50,047 nucleotides of DNA from positions 1-50,047 of the forward strand of contig JAGVWC010000006.1 in the NCBI GenBank assembly GCA_018304465.1, given 5' to 3'. The position numbers were made by a program, and so were the translations under genes. The stretch's first letter is position 1; the number at the start of each line of letters is the position of its first letter. The DNA is from Candidatus Iainarchaeum sp. (GTDB lineage: Archaea; Iainarchaeota; Iainarchaeia; Iainarchaeales; JAGVWC01). The notes under the pieces were generated by a model. That model was not told the DNA's origin. It was given only the letters and a program-made list of their open reading frames with translations, and made no database searches. Below, one piece after another: positions 39,060-48,741 of this stretch.

Positions 39060-39704
39060 TTACTTTAAGAGCTTTCGGTTAAATTCTTCCAGTTCCGTAC
39101 GGTTCATGAACTTGGTCAGGGTCTCGGCATACCGATGAATCCAGAGACTCCAATCGTTTAATCCATCCTGAAAATCGTCTCCCGTAAACTCGATTTTGGA
39201 CGGAGAAAGCAATTCCACGGTCGTCGGACCATACGTATACATAAAACGAACCAGGGTTTTGAAATTTTTCAAGGATACATTCAAATCCAAATAACTCGAA
39301 TACGAATCCTCTTGTTTTAGAACCGGCGCCTGGGTGCACTCATACACCAAAAAATCCTTGTCGGCTTTGAGAATATCCGCCAAACGCGTCAATTGTTTTT
39401 GCAATACTTCCGGTTCCACGGCTTGACCTTCAATCGTTGCCCGCACCCGAAACGCGTTCTTGTCTTTTTCAGCCAATTTTTTTCGCCTCGATACCTCTTC
39501 GGCAATGTTGGTCTTTAAAGCGTATCGCGTTGGAAACCCATCCCGCTTTTCGATCAATTCCAACCGCAACATTTCCTTGATATCCGTCGAAAGCTCGTTC
39601 ATCGGAATATTCAATTGTCCCCGCAATTCATCCACGGTTTTGGCGCCATGCATTAAAAGCAACGCGATTCTCTTCTGATTCGAGGAAAAAGCCACACAAA
39701 ACAC
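39060..39704 (-). CDS. N-terminal wHTH fused to an uncharacterised archaeal domain
   Basis: HTH-like KTVDEL...L...IKEML...LIEK; C-terminal SSYLDL...F..LVRFM..YGPTTVE. Confidence 0.75.
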   Translation of the reverse strand: MFCVAFSSNQKRIALLLMHGAKTVDELRGQLNIPMNELSTDIKEMLRLELIEKRDGFPTRYALKTNIAEEVSRRKKLAEKDKNAFRVRATIEGQAVEPEVLQKQLTRLADILKADKDFLVYECTQAPVLKQEDSYSSYLDLNVSLKNFKTLVRFMYTYGPTTVELLSPSKIEFTGDDFQDGLNDWSLWIHRYAETLTKFMNRTELEEFNRKLLK

Positions 39705-39761
39705 CGATTACCAAAAACTAACTTCCAAAAGCATAATAAACAAGCGCACTATATTAAGGTA

Positions 39762-40079
39762 ATGGTTTTGGAAGACATCCCGAACATGCTGGGCGAAGCC
39801 ACGCAAACCCCCGCCGCTTCCACCGCCCAAACCCTCTTGGCCAACCAAGACCCCGTCGTACTCATTATCGGCGTCGTTCTCATCATCGCCACGGTCCTGT
39901 TATTGTTGTTTCTCAAAAAAATCCTCGTCAACAGCCTCTCCGGGCTCGTACTGTGGGCCATTGCGACATTCGTGTTTCACGTCGACCTTCCGTTTTACGC
40001 CAGCCTCATTGTTTCGCTGGTATTCGGGCCCGCGGGCATCGGCACCCTGATGATTTTACGCTTCATGGCAATCGCATGA
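39762..40079 (+). CDS. BofA-like small membrane protein
   Basis: LKKILVNSLSGL.L...DLP....IVSLVFGPAG. Confidence 0.75.
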   Translation: MVLEDIPNMLGEATQTPAASTAQTLLANQDPVVLIIGVVLIIATVLLLLFLKKILVNSLSGLVLWAIATFVFHVDLPFYASLIVSLVFGPAGIGTLMILRFMAIA

Positions 40080-40095
40080 TGAAAGGAGAAAAAAA

Positions 40096-40275
40096 TGACG
40101 GCCCGGTCCCAACCACAATGCGACTTTGTACAAGCCTTCTTTAACCGCCATCTCGGAGGACCGCCATTTCCCGGCGGATACCGTCCAAGAGAAGCCGGGC
40201 AAGCACAATATCTTGGAATGGGCGGGCTCAAAGCGGTCTTCTGTGCCCAAGCCGCTTGCAGAAACATTCTTGGCA
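40096..40275 (-). ncRNA. Candidate structured ncRNA (possibly a divergent short SRP RNA)
   Basis: GC-rich segment with several hand-folded helices, ending at a minus-strand T-tract; no convincing ORF. Confidence 0.45.
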
Positions 40276-40335
40276 TTTGTTTTGAAAAGAGTATTCGTTT
40301 GAAAGGATTTCTTTTTTACAAATGACACATTTTTT

Positions 40336-41919
40336 TTATGTGCATTGGAATTCGCCGGTGTTGGTGACTCCGCAGTTCCATGTTTGTCCGTTGGGACTGG
40401 TCATGTTTAGGTTGCCGTCTGTTCGAATGCTTGTTTTTTGTTGGATATTTAGATCGGTTGTTATTCGAACGGGTCCGTTTCCGCTGTTGATGTCAAAGCT
40501 GTTCCAGTTGTGGGCGAGGCTTCCCCATTCGTTTTTTGTGGGATAGCTTGAATGTATGAATATTGTTGGATTTGCTTGGAATCCGTGTCCGAAATTGAAT
40601 GCGGGTTGTTTTAACTCGTTTTTGTCTGCAATGAGTAGGTATCTTCCGCCTCTGTGCACTGCGCTGTAGTTGGTGTCTGCCAAGCCGATCATGACGGGAT
40701 AGTATGTATTGTTGTCTCCTGCGCCGGGTATTTGGTCGTTGTAACTGGCGCGTATGATGGGTGCGGCGGTTCCGGCGCCAAGTGCCATGGTGGCGTTGTC
40801 GTTGTACATGAAGCCGTATTCTGTTGCGGTTGATCGGAAGTATCCGGCGTAAGGTGTTCCACCGGTTAATATGTTTGTGTTGTTGTTGGGGCTTACGTAT
40901 ATGATTCCGTTTGTGCCGCTTGCGGTAATGGCGGGATATGATCCGTTTAACACTTTTAGCGCTATGTTGTTGGGTGATTGTCCGGTTATTCTTATTTGGT
41001 TTGCGTCGATTGTTCTTGCGGCATTTAGGTCTCGTCCGACATTGACATCGTTTTTTGTATAAAGGTTTCCGGTATCGTTTTCTATTTTGAACAAGGGTGT
41101 TCCATTGTTGTTTCGGATCATGAAATACTTGGTTGCCGCAGTAAGTATTTCTATTGGTGTTCCGGTTGCATTAATATAGAATGTGGGTTCGGTGGTCATA
41201 GGATAGTATCCTGGTACTGCAAGTACAAAGAGTGCCATATTGGCGATATTTCCAAAACCTAATTGTTCTAATTGGTTTACAAAAATTGAATTTGTGAATG
41301 TCCAGTCGGATCCGGTGATCGTTGCGCCGCTTAAACTACCCGTAAAATTATAGGTTCCGCTGAATGTACCCCCATTTTTTTTGATAAAATTAGTGTCGGA
41401 GTACCCGTTCCAGGTATCAACGTACATTGAATCCGCGAAGACGGTTCTTGCGTTGATATCTCGTTGGTTGGAATCCAGATTCGGTGCTAAGTAATCTGTG
41501 TTGGGTACTGCGATCATTGCCGTGTATTCGTTTTCAACTGTGCTTGTTTTTATTATTCCTGTTTCCGAAAACTTGTCAAGATATCCGTTATCATTCACGA
41601 TAAGCAAGGGAGACCCAAAAGCAGTTCCAAGAATATCGCTTAATTTGATGTTAAGCGGTTGAAAAAAGCTATTGCTTACATACCATAATATATTTCCAGT
41701 TACTGTTTCCGTTAAATTTACTCCGCCAATTTCGTCTGCTTTAAGTTGAAAAACGTTTCCTGCGGATGGCATTGTAAGCATAGCCGCATTGTTAACGTCC
41801 ACTGTTGAAAAATCTGTGTTTGCGTCCGTCGCAGGAATAACCCACACTTTTTCTCCCGTAACAGTATACCCAAACAAAACAACAAGCAAAATAAATCCAA
41901 TCAAAAAAATGTTATTCAT
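40336..41919 (-). CDS. Secreted beta-rich, tail-fibre/adhesin-like protein
   Basis: Signal peptide MNNIFLIGFILL; Asn/Thr/Gly-rich; C-terminal NMTSPNGQTWNCGVTNTGEFQCT; AT-rich with atypical strand skew. Confidence 0.75.
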   Translation of the reverse strand: MNNIFLIGFILLVVLFGYTVTGEKVWVIPATDANTDFSTVDVNNAAMLTMPSAGNVFQLKADEIGGVNLTETVTGNILWYVSNSFFQPLNIKLSDILGTAFGSPLLIVNDNGYLDKFSETGIIKTSTVENEYTAMIAVPNTDYLAPNLDSNQRDINARTVFADSMYVDTWNGYSDTNFIKKNGGTFSGTYNFTGSLSGATITGSDWTFTNSIFVNQLEQLGFGNIANMALFVLAVPGYYPMTTEPTFYINATGTPIEILTAATKYFMIRNNNGTPLFKIENDTGNLYTKNDVNVGRDLNAARTIDANQIRITGQSPNNIALKVLNGSYPAITASGTNGIIYVSPNNNTNILTGGTPYAGYFRSTATEYGFMYNDNATMALGAGTAAPIIRASYNDQIPGAGDNNTYYPVMIGLADTNYSAVHRGGRYLLIADKNELKQPAFNFGHGFQANPTIFIHSSYPTKNEWGSLAHNWNSFDINSGNGPVRITTDLNIQQKTSIRTDGNLNMTSPNGQTWNCGVTNTGEFQCT

Positions 41920-42400
41920 GGTTACACGCATACAACTTTGTTTTTCCACATAAACCAACTAAGGAAAAGTTTTTATTCAAATCCTGAACCGTTAAAACAA
42001 GCGCATCATTACAATCAAAACCCGCTAAATATTCATCCGAATACCCAAACTTGTATTTTGGTTTCCCTCCAAAAAAAAGTAATCCAATGCCCCAAATCCC
42101 AATCGTTTTGAATCTGTTTTCCGTTTGACAACAAAACCGCTTTTTGAACAGCCAACACATCGTTTTGGTTCGGTCGCTCGTTTTGCATTCCAAGAACCGC
42201 ACACCCAAAAAAAACCAAAGAACGATTCAACCAAAACCGGTTTGGATGGAATCGAATTTTCTAATCCATAAATATAATTCAAGTAATGATACGAATCCAC
42301 TCCGATTGGAAGCGGCCTTGCAAACAAAACGATTAAAGTTTCGGCAAGCAACAAACCAGTTAACAATAAAGCGTTTTTTGGAACATGCACAAACTCGGTT
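41912..42400 (-). pseudogene. Frameshifted, internally deleted STT3/AglB-like membrane glycosyltransferase remnant
   Basis: GVDSYHY N-terminal loop; NDWDLGHWI resembles WWDYG; pieces lie in different frames joined at T8 tracts (about 42071-42078 and 42207-42214). Confidence 0.55.
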
Positions 42401-42596
42401 ATTTGAACAAAATACGATTCAAGAAAGTCAAAACTTATCTTCACAATTTTACCCTTTTGAAAACCATTTCCAATTCTTTGTCATAATTTATTTTAAAAGC
42501 CACAATTTGTTGTCGGCCAAGTTTAAGTCTCCTCTGGAAATGTTTCCAAAGATTTTTGAGAGGTTTCCGCTGCTTTTTTTTCCCGATGAGACAGAT

Positions 42597-42760
42597 TCAT
42601 TGAGTCACCTTGTTTTTTTCCAAGAAACTCCATACGAATAATGCGGCCCCGCCAATTGCACAAATAACCATTAAAGTAAAAAACAATCCGCTGATGTTCC
42701 GCATTGCGTATAAGACAAGAAAAACGCTCATGAGAACCGTTGGCAATCCGGCACGATTAA
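42597..42760 (-). pseudogene. C-terminal fragment of a 2-TM membrane protein
   Basis: LPTVLMSVFLVLYAM...LFFTLMVICAIGGAALFVWSF; no credible start. Confidence 0.35.
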
Positions 42761-43133
42761 ACCAAGCAAACAACCCACGATCCGCATCACAAATGTACAA
42801 GGCACCAGGTCAAAAGTCCGAAGCCGCAAAACAGACGAAGAACGCGCCGCGACCGCCAAGAGAATAAAGCGATATGAGGAACTCAACCAAACACTCGGCG
42901 AAAACTGGAGAGTATATTTCACGAAGCGAGTGATCGATTATGCGCGTGAAAAAGGGATTCCTGTCGTTGCCGAACGACCACAACGCTTTTTCCTGTTTGG
43001 ACCCACGGTACCAGAAAGCGAATACAAGCGCCAACAACGCCAATCGCGACAAACCTACCGCAAAGCGGGGCGCACCGAACACACCGACAAAACCCGGGGA
43101 TTAAGGCCGCACAAACCACGGCAAAGAAAATAG
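42756..43133 (+). CDS. Arg/Lys-rich orphan, 5'-truncated or ATT-initiated
   Basis: Open frame from about 42714 to TAG 43133 with no ATG; host-like codon usage; basic tail RPHKPRQRK. Confidence 0.5.
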   Translation: MKPSKQPTIRITNVQGTRSKVRSRKTDEERAATAKRIKRYEELNQTLGENWRVYFTKRVIDYAREKGIPVVAERPQRFFLFGPTVPESEYKRQQRQSRQTYRKAGRTEHTDKTRGLRPHKPRQRK

Positions 43134-43171
43134 TCGGATTTTTCAAAACAATGCCTAATACTTTTTTGACC

Positions 43172-43276
43172 ATGAAATCGTACGATTGCGACCTCCAACT
43201 CCGACAGCGGCCTTTTTCAAAAAGCCCGGGGAAAACGGTGAAACCGTGAAATCGTTCGACTGCGATCTCCAACTCC
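43172..43276 (+). repeat. 31-bp diverged direct repeat of the TIGR00375 gene start flanking a palindrome
   Basis: 43172-43202 vs 43246-43276, 27/31 identical. Confidence 0.85.
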
Positions 43277-44523
43277 ACGGCCCGTACGCGGGCGGCGTAT
43301 CCAAATATCTTTCCATCCCGCTTTTGGCCGAACAATCGCGTCTCAAAGGCCTTGAAATCCTGGTCACCGGTGACATCCAACACCAAAAATGGTTCGAACA
43401 CGTCAACGCCCATTTAATCGAAAACCAAAACGGCGTGTACATGGACAAAGACGAAAAAACGTTTTTCATCATCGGCACCGAAGTTGAAGACCACCACCGC
43501 ATCCACCACCTGATTTACCTGCCCGATTTAACCGCTGCGGCGGAATTCCGCGAAAAAGTCAAACCATTCGGAATACTCGACTGCTCGATGTGCGGCCGCC
43601 CCAAACTCCGGCAATCCCCCGAACAACTCAGCCAAATCGTTTCGGACGTCGGCGGATTCATGGGTCCCGGTCACTCGTTTACGCCGTACACCGGATTATT
43701 CTCGCGCTACGACTCTGTTGCCGAAGCCTACGGCGACCAAGCCAAAAAAATCCCGTTTCTTGAACTCGGACTCTCCGCGGACACCGACATGGCCGACACG
43801 ATTTTGAGCAACCACCAATACGCGTTTCTTTCATCCTCCGACGCCCATTCAGCTTGGCCGCACCGCCTCGGACGCGAATGGAACCGCATCCGCCTCAAAG
43901 AACCCTCGTTTAAAGAACTCGAAACCGCGGTCTGGGACCGCAGCGGCGAACGCATCGAATTCAACGCGGGTTTGAATCCCCGCGAAGGAAAATACCACGC
44001 CACCGCGTGTAATCTTTGCTACACGCAATACCCCTTGCGCGACGCGATCGAATCCTTCAAAATGAAATGCCCCGCCTGCGGCGGCGACATCAAACGCGGC
44101 GTTGCCGACCGCATCAAAATGCTTTCCGACACCCCAACCGGAAAACATCCGTCGTTTCGCCCGCCCTACAAACACCAGTTGCCGCTCGCCGAAATCATCC
44201 AACTCGCGCTTTTTGCCAAAAGCCCGATGACCAAAAACGTGCAGTCCAAATGGCGCGACTACATTGACGTGTACAAAGACGAAATCAACGTGCTCATTGA
44301 CGCGCCGGAAAGCGAACTCATCGAAACCAATCCGGAAATCGGAAACAAAATCAAGGCGTTCCGAAACGGACTCGTGTACTACACGCCTGGCGGCGGCGGA
44401 AAATACGGAGAACCGCATTTGTTCGATTCCCAAAAAGAAATGGACCAATTCGTTTTAGAAGCCGGAAAACGCTCGCGCGAAAAAAACAAGTTTTCCGGAC
44501 AAAAAAGTCTGAAAGGGTTCTAA
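43246..44523 (+). CDS. TIGR00375 / EndoQ-like PHP-domain nuclease with Zn ribbon
   Basis: DLQLH, TGD..H..W, IHHLI, HSFTP, ELGLSAD, SDAHS, GKYH..AC..C...CPACG. Confidence 0.9.
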   Translation: MKSFDCDLQLHGPYAGGVSKYLSIPLLAEQSRLKGLEILVTGDIQHQKWFEHVNAHLIENQNGVYMDKDEKTFFIIGTEVEDHHRIHHLIYLPDLTAAAEFREKVKPFGILDCSMCGRPKLRQSPEQLSQIVSDVGGFMGPGHSFTPYTGLFSRYDSVAEAYGDQAKKIPFLELGLSADTDMADTILSNHQYAFLSSSDAHSAWPHRLGREWNRIRLKEPSFKELETAVWDRSGERIEFNAGLNPREGKYHATACNLCYTQYPLRDAIESFKMKCPACGGDIKRGVADRIKMLSDTPTGKHPSFRPPYKHQLPLAEIIQLALFAKSPMTKNVQSKWRDYIDVYKDEINVLIDAPESELIETNPEIGNKIKAFRNGLVYYTPGGGGKYGEPHLFDSQKEMDQFVLEAGKRSREKNKFSGQKSLKGF

Positions 44524-45232
44524 ATGCTATCACACTACACTCCAAGATCCAAACGACGAGGATCAAAAAAACCGGTCCCCGTAATCCCCTTTCGTCCTGC
44601 ACACATAACTGCAAAAGGTGTCGGACAAGTCACCTACCGCGTGTTGGATCGAAACCGCCAGCGCGGATATAGCACAACAATTCCTTTCACTAGAACCCCT
44701 GAGGAATACGAAATTATTTCCAAGCAACTGCAGCAAAATGGAGTATACGTTCCACGAATGTTGGCCAAGTCCCATATTCAGAATCGCGTTGAATTTGCTG
44801 ACGGCGGAAAAAACTTATCCCAAGTGCTTCGATCAAAAGCATGGACACACACCCCAGGAAAAAACCCAGACAAAAAAATTATTGAAAAAAATATTTCGAA
44901 TGATTGGCCGAGTTCATCAACTCGGAATCGCACACGGACATCCACACGGATATAACATCATTGTTTCAGGAAGTAAAGTCGGACTAATCGATTTCAGATT
45001 GGCAACGGCTGCGGACCCCTCGATCTGGAGGGATATGAAACGCATCCGACTATTTTTCATTCACGATCATTTCAAACTGATGAGAATAATTAGAGGCGTT
45101 AAACCAATTTTCCGGACTCGGATAGAACAAAAAGCGGTTACGCGCCAGTTGTTTTCAAGCATGATCCGGCAATACCCGTGTAGCGAGAAAATAAAAAAAG
45201 AATTAATCGATTATTGCCTAGAAAATTACTGA
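44524..45232 (+). pseudogene. Frameshifted kinase-fold protein with HGHPHGYN loop
   Basis: N-half (GVYVPRM, EFADGGKNL) and C-half (HQLGIAHGHPHGYN, LIDFR) in different frames; break near ACACACACCCC at 44845-44855. Confidence 0.7.
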
Positions 45233-45236
45233 TGGA

Positions 45237-46028
45237 TCATCGCACGTACGTCAAACCGCTCGGCGGCGTGTCGTCATCCTGCAATTCTTTTTGCTGGGCT
45301 TCGATTTCCTTGGACAACTGGTTAAACGCTTTCTCGATGTTTTTGGATTCTTTTTCAATCGCCTGCATTTTCACGGAAAACCCGAATTTTTTCACGAGCA
45401 ATTCCAGCACTTTTTTCGCGGCGCCATGATCCCCGTACACGAGATTCGCGTTGGTTTCACCCATCAAACACGCGCCTTCGATGCCTTTGGCCTTGGCCAA
45501 TCCGAGCACCAAACCCGCGGCCCCGCTGATCAATCCGTCTTGGCCGCTGGGATGACAACCCGACTTGACGAACGAATCCACCAATGTTTTTGAATTCGCG
45601 CACACGATCACGCGTGGTTCGCGCGTCAAACGCGCTTCGCCGATATTGATTCCCGCCAGGGTAAAAATCTGTTTCACGCCGAATTGTTCGGCAAACGAAA
45701 CCAACTGTTGCGAAAACTCGTAATGCTCTTCGCTTTTCGAATACCGCATGTCAAGCGCGGGCTGCACGGGTCCCGCCAAAAACAAATAATCCCGGTTCTT
45801 GAATTTTACGTAAAAAAAATCGTCCTTGATCAATTCCACCAAAGAATTATGCGTATGCACCGCCGGCGGAAACGCGTCCGAATACACTTCCGCGATCCGT
45901 TCGGCTTTCAGTTCTTTTAACAAATAATCCACGACAAGTTTGCCCACCAAACCGATGCCCGGAAGACCCGTGAACAATATCGGGTTCTTGAGTTTCTTGT
46001 TCTTGATGATTCGCATCGTCGTAACCAT
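45237..46028 (-). CDS. PAC2 proteasome-assembly-chaperone family protein
   Basis: GLPGIGLVGKL, G.ISGA.GL.LG, CLMGET. Confidence 0.9.
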   Translation of the reverse strand: MVTTMRIIKNKKLKNPILFTGLPGIGLVGKLVVDYLLKELKAERIAEVYSDAFPPAVHTHNSLVELIKDDFFYVKFKNRDYLFLAGPVQPALDMRYSKSEEHYEFSQQLVSFAEQFGVKQIFTLAGINIGEARLTREPRVIVCANSKTLVDSFVKSGCHPSGQDGLISGAAGLVLGLAKAKGIEGACLMGETNANLVYGDHGAAKKVLELLVKKFGFSVKMQAIEKESKNIEKAFNQLSKEIEAQQKELQDDDTPPSGLTYVR

Positions 46029-46033
46029 TCGTC

Positions 46034-46807
46034 TCAACGCTCCGTCTTCTGAAAACTACCTGTTCCGCCAAGCGACTCGATTTTCTTGACGCCCGCATCG
46101 GATGCCGACGAAAGCAATTTTTCGGCGGTTTTGTAATCCAACGCGAAAACGCGCAACAAATATTTTCCAGATCCCGTGTAAAACAACTCGATTTTTTCAT
46201 CCTTGGCAAAATCCTGCACGGCTTTCAACGACTGTTTGACGCGCTCCACGCCGTCACCCGTCATCGAAGACACCGCAAGCAACCCTTCGACGGATTTTTC
46301 CGGAATCTCAAAACCGGTTTTGCACAACTCCGCCAATTCATTGAGAAATTCTTTCGGAACGCCCGTTGCCGCGGACGGTCCGTCCATGGCAATGACCTGA
46401 AACGCGTCGTACAAGGATTCGTATTGCTTGATCAACGGTTCGGCCACGCTTTTCCAAACGGACTCGAACGGAATCTTTCGTTTTTCCGACAAAACCTCGA
46501 TCAGTTTTCGCGCGCGCCGACCGCGTTTCCATTCCTCGATTTTTCCGCGTTCGGTTTCGGACGAAACCTTGGTCAACGACAAATCAATCTGTCGTTTTTG
46601 AAGATTAATCGAAATGATTTTCGCGGCGCGAATCTGGTTTTCCTTGACGTGATTACGGATGTTTTTGGTCCAACGCGACGCGATCTCGGAAATATGAATA
46701 AAACCCGACAAACCGTCGTTGTCCAACAAGTCGACGAACACGCCGTAATTCAATACGCGCGACACTTTGACAACAACAATATCCCCTACATTTGGAAACG
46801 GCGCCAT
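46034..46807 (-). CDS. eif2a: Translation initiation factor aIF2 alpha
   Basis: S1 domain P..GDIVV..V....YGVFVDL...GFIHISEI, NIRNHVKE, IDLSL. Confidence 0.95.
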   Translation of the reverse strand: MAPFPNVGDIVVVKVSRVLNYGVFVDLLDNDGLSGFIHISEIASRWTKNIRNHVKENQIRAAKIISINLQKRQIDLSLTKVSSETERGKIEEWKRGRRARKLIEVLSEKRKIPFESVWKSVAEPLIKQYESLYDAFQVIAMDGPSAATGVPKEFLNELAELCKTGFEIPEKSVEGLLAVSSMTGDGVERVKQSLKAVQDFAKDEKIELFYTGSGKYLLRVFALDYKTAEKLLSSASDAGVKKIESLGGTGSFQKTER

Positions 46808-46838
46808 TTCAATAACTCCTAAAAAAGCCCGAAAAACG

Positions 46839-47408
46839 TTAATGATCCAAGAGCTCGGCCATTTTCCGGTCCAAGAACAGCTTGGCGACCTTGTTGGGCA
46901 ATTTCACGGTCTCTCCCGACGAAAACGGCCCGTATTCCTTCATATCCGTGCCGATAAACGCCGGGACTTCCTTAAGAATCTTAAGAGAAAGAGTATTTAA
47001 ACCCGCAGATTCCTTGGCCGACGACGACGCGGCCGATTTCTCGCCAAACAGCGTTCCAAGCAACGACTTGTGCTCGTTCAGCAATTCGAGCACGTCACCG
47101 AACAATTTTTGCTCCTGGCGCCCCAAATGCTCATCCATCATGTCCGACCCGTTCCGGCTCGAAACCAAGGCCAAACTCAAGATTTTTTTCTGGCGAAACA
47201 AAAAAATTTCTTCCACCATTTTTTTCAAATTCGCGAAATCACGTGCTTCTTCAAGCGAAAACTCTTTTAGCGACTTCAAATATTTTTCGCGCTCCGCCAA
47301 CACGAACTCGTTTAACGAGTTGTAAAAATCCGGATCCACGTCCACGAGGCGCGCCGTGGATTTTTCAAGACGATAAATTCTCCGGATTTCATCGTACGAC
47401 AAATTCAT
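46839..47408 (-). CDS. GINS subunit (Gins51-type)
   Basis: L..VDPDFY, R.KKI..LA, B-domain VPAFIG.D.KEYGPF..GE.V.LP; ATGA overlap with priS. Confidence 0.8.
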   Translation of the reverse strand: MNLSYDEIRRIYRLEKSTARLVDVDPDFYNSLNEFVLAEREKYLKSLKEFSLEEARDFANLKKMVEEIFLFRQKKILSLALVSSRNGSDMMDEHLGRQEQKLFGDVLELLNEHKSLLGTLFGEKSAASSSAKESAGLNTLSLKILKEVPAFIGTDMKEYGPFSSGETVKLPNKVAKLFLDRKMAELLDH

Positions 47409-48655
47409 CGCAACGCCTCTTTTAACGGCACGTGATTTTCCGCCAAAGTCGCGGCGCCATGACACAGCAAAAAAACCGCGGCGAATTCCGGCAGTTCCGT
47501 TTCCTGGTTTTCAAACGGTCCGAAAGATTCTCCTCCGATCCGGATTTTCGGGGCTCGCGACACGAACAATTTCACGGGATCGTTTCCAAACACAACGGAT
47601 TCCTCTAACGCATTAAACGAGGAAAGACTATTAAAAATAATTTTTTTGGCCAAAAGACCCGTCGAACCATGCAAAGTCTCGGGAACCCGGATAATCTTGT
47701 ACTGATCCATCGAAGTCTGGCGATCCACGGACAACCCCAAATCCGACGAAACAAACTCCAAAACGTTTTTCCAAAAAACCACGGATTTGCTCGAAACCGT
47801 CGGAAACAAGCCTTTTTGGACGCTTTCCCACACCGCGGTTTTGTCCTCGATCACCTTGTTTGCGGTCCGGATCGAAACGCTTCCGGCCACCGCCAACCGA
47901 GACGCGTCGCCTGATTCAAGCAGTTCGTGTAGCGCTTCCAGAATCTTTTTGCTCCAGCCATGCGACGAACGAAACGGCGTGCACCGCAAGGCATTGTTCG
48001 ACTCCGAAAAACCAAGCGACTGCAAATCCAGATTCGTTCCCGTGACAAAATCCAGCAATTCGACGCGCGCTTTGGCCGACAAACCCTGCACGGATTTTCC
48101 CCGCAAATGAATGTGAAACCCTTTCGAGCCCGAAAAATTAAAATCCAACCCGTCCGAAAAACCAAAATCGTTTTCGATCACGTCCACCAACCGAAACACC
48201 TGTTTTTTGACGGTTTCCAAACAATTCTCGCACACCCACTGATCCGCCGCGATTGAAGAACCGCCGCACGACGAACACGCTTCCACCACGCCGCGACCCG
48301 CGGCATGACACGACTTGCATTCCCAAAAATCGTGTTCTTGCGCGCACGGCGTCTTTAGGTCGTCCGCGTCAAACTCATACACGATATCCGAATGCAACAA
48401 TTCCTTGGCGGCCATGGGCCGGTTCGCGGGATACTGGTAAAACGCGGGAGAATACGAAACATAAAAAGGAACCTGTGAACGCAAAAACGAATTGAATTCC
48501 GCCAACGAAACAAAATTCAGATGCCGGCCGGAAATCTTTTTCCCGAAAATCCCGTAACCGAACTCCCGAAACTCCACTCCCGGCGGCTCGGAAACGTTGG
48601 TTTTTTGGTAAAACGAGCGAAAACGCTCCGTTAAAAAATCCAAATCCGAAACCAC
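47405..48655 (-). CDS. priS: DNA primase catalytic subunit with Zn-ribbon insert
   Basis: REFG, YS.A.Y..P, EFDAD, FSGSKGFH, D..IIRVPETLHGSTG; extra CxxC pairs. Confidence 0.93.
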   Translation of the reverse strand: MVSDLDFLTERFRSFYQKTNVSEPPGVEFREFGYGIFGKKISGRHLNFVSLAEFNSFLRSQVPFYVSYSPAFYQYPANRPMAAKELLHSDIVYEFDADDLKTPCAQEHDFWECKSCHAAGRGVVEACSSCGGSSIAADQWVCENCLETVKKQVFRLVDVIENDFGFSDGLDFNFSGSKGFHIHLRGKSVQGLSAKARVELLDFVTGTNLDLQSLGFSESNNALRCTPFRSSHGWSKKILEALHELLESGDASRLAVAGSVSIRTANKVIEDKTAVWESVQKGLFPTVSSKSVVFWKNVLEFVSSDLGLSVDRQTSMDQYKIIRVPETLHGSTGLLAKKIIFNSLSSFNALEESVVFGNDPVKLFVSRAPKIRIGGESFGPFENQETELPEFAAVFLLCHGAATLAENHVPLKEALR

Positions 48656-48741
48656 GTGATCCCCAAAACCATACCAAGGGTGCGGAAAAAGCTTTAAGAA
48701 AAGACCGAAAACCACTATACTTTTTGAATCCGAAAACTGGT

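Noticed and set aside
40225-40245. RNase P RNA (minus-strand ACAGAAGACCGCTT resembles CR-V)
   Set aside because: Motif lies near the 5' end and no GAGGAAxxUCC CR-I partner precedes it
39995-40328. Short ORFs over the candidate RNA
   Set aside because: Three overlapping ORFs, none protein-like or with host codon bias
43172-43276. DGR template/variable repeat pair
   Set aside because: Only 31 bp, mismatches not adenine-specific, located at a gene 5' end, and no RT nearby
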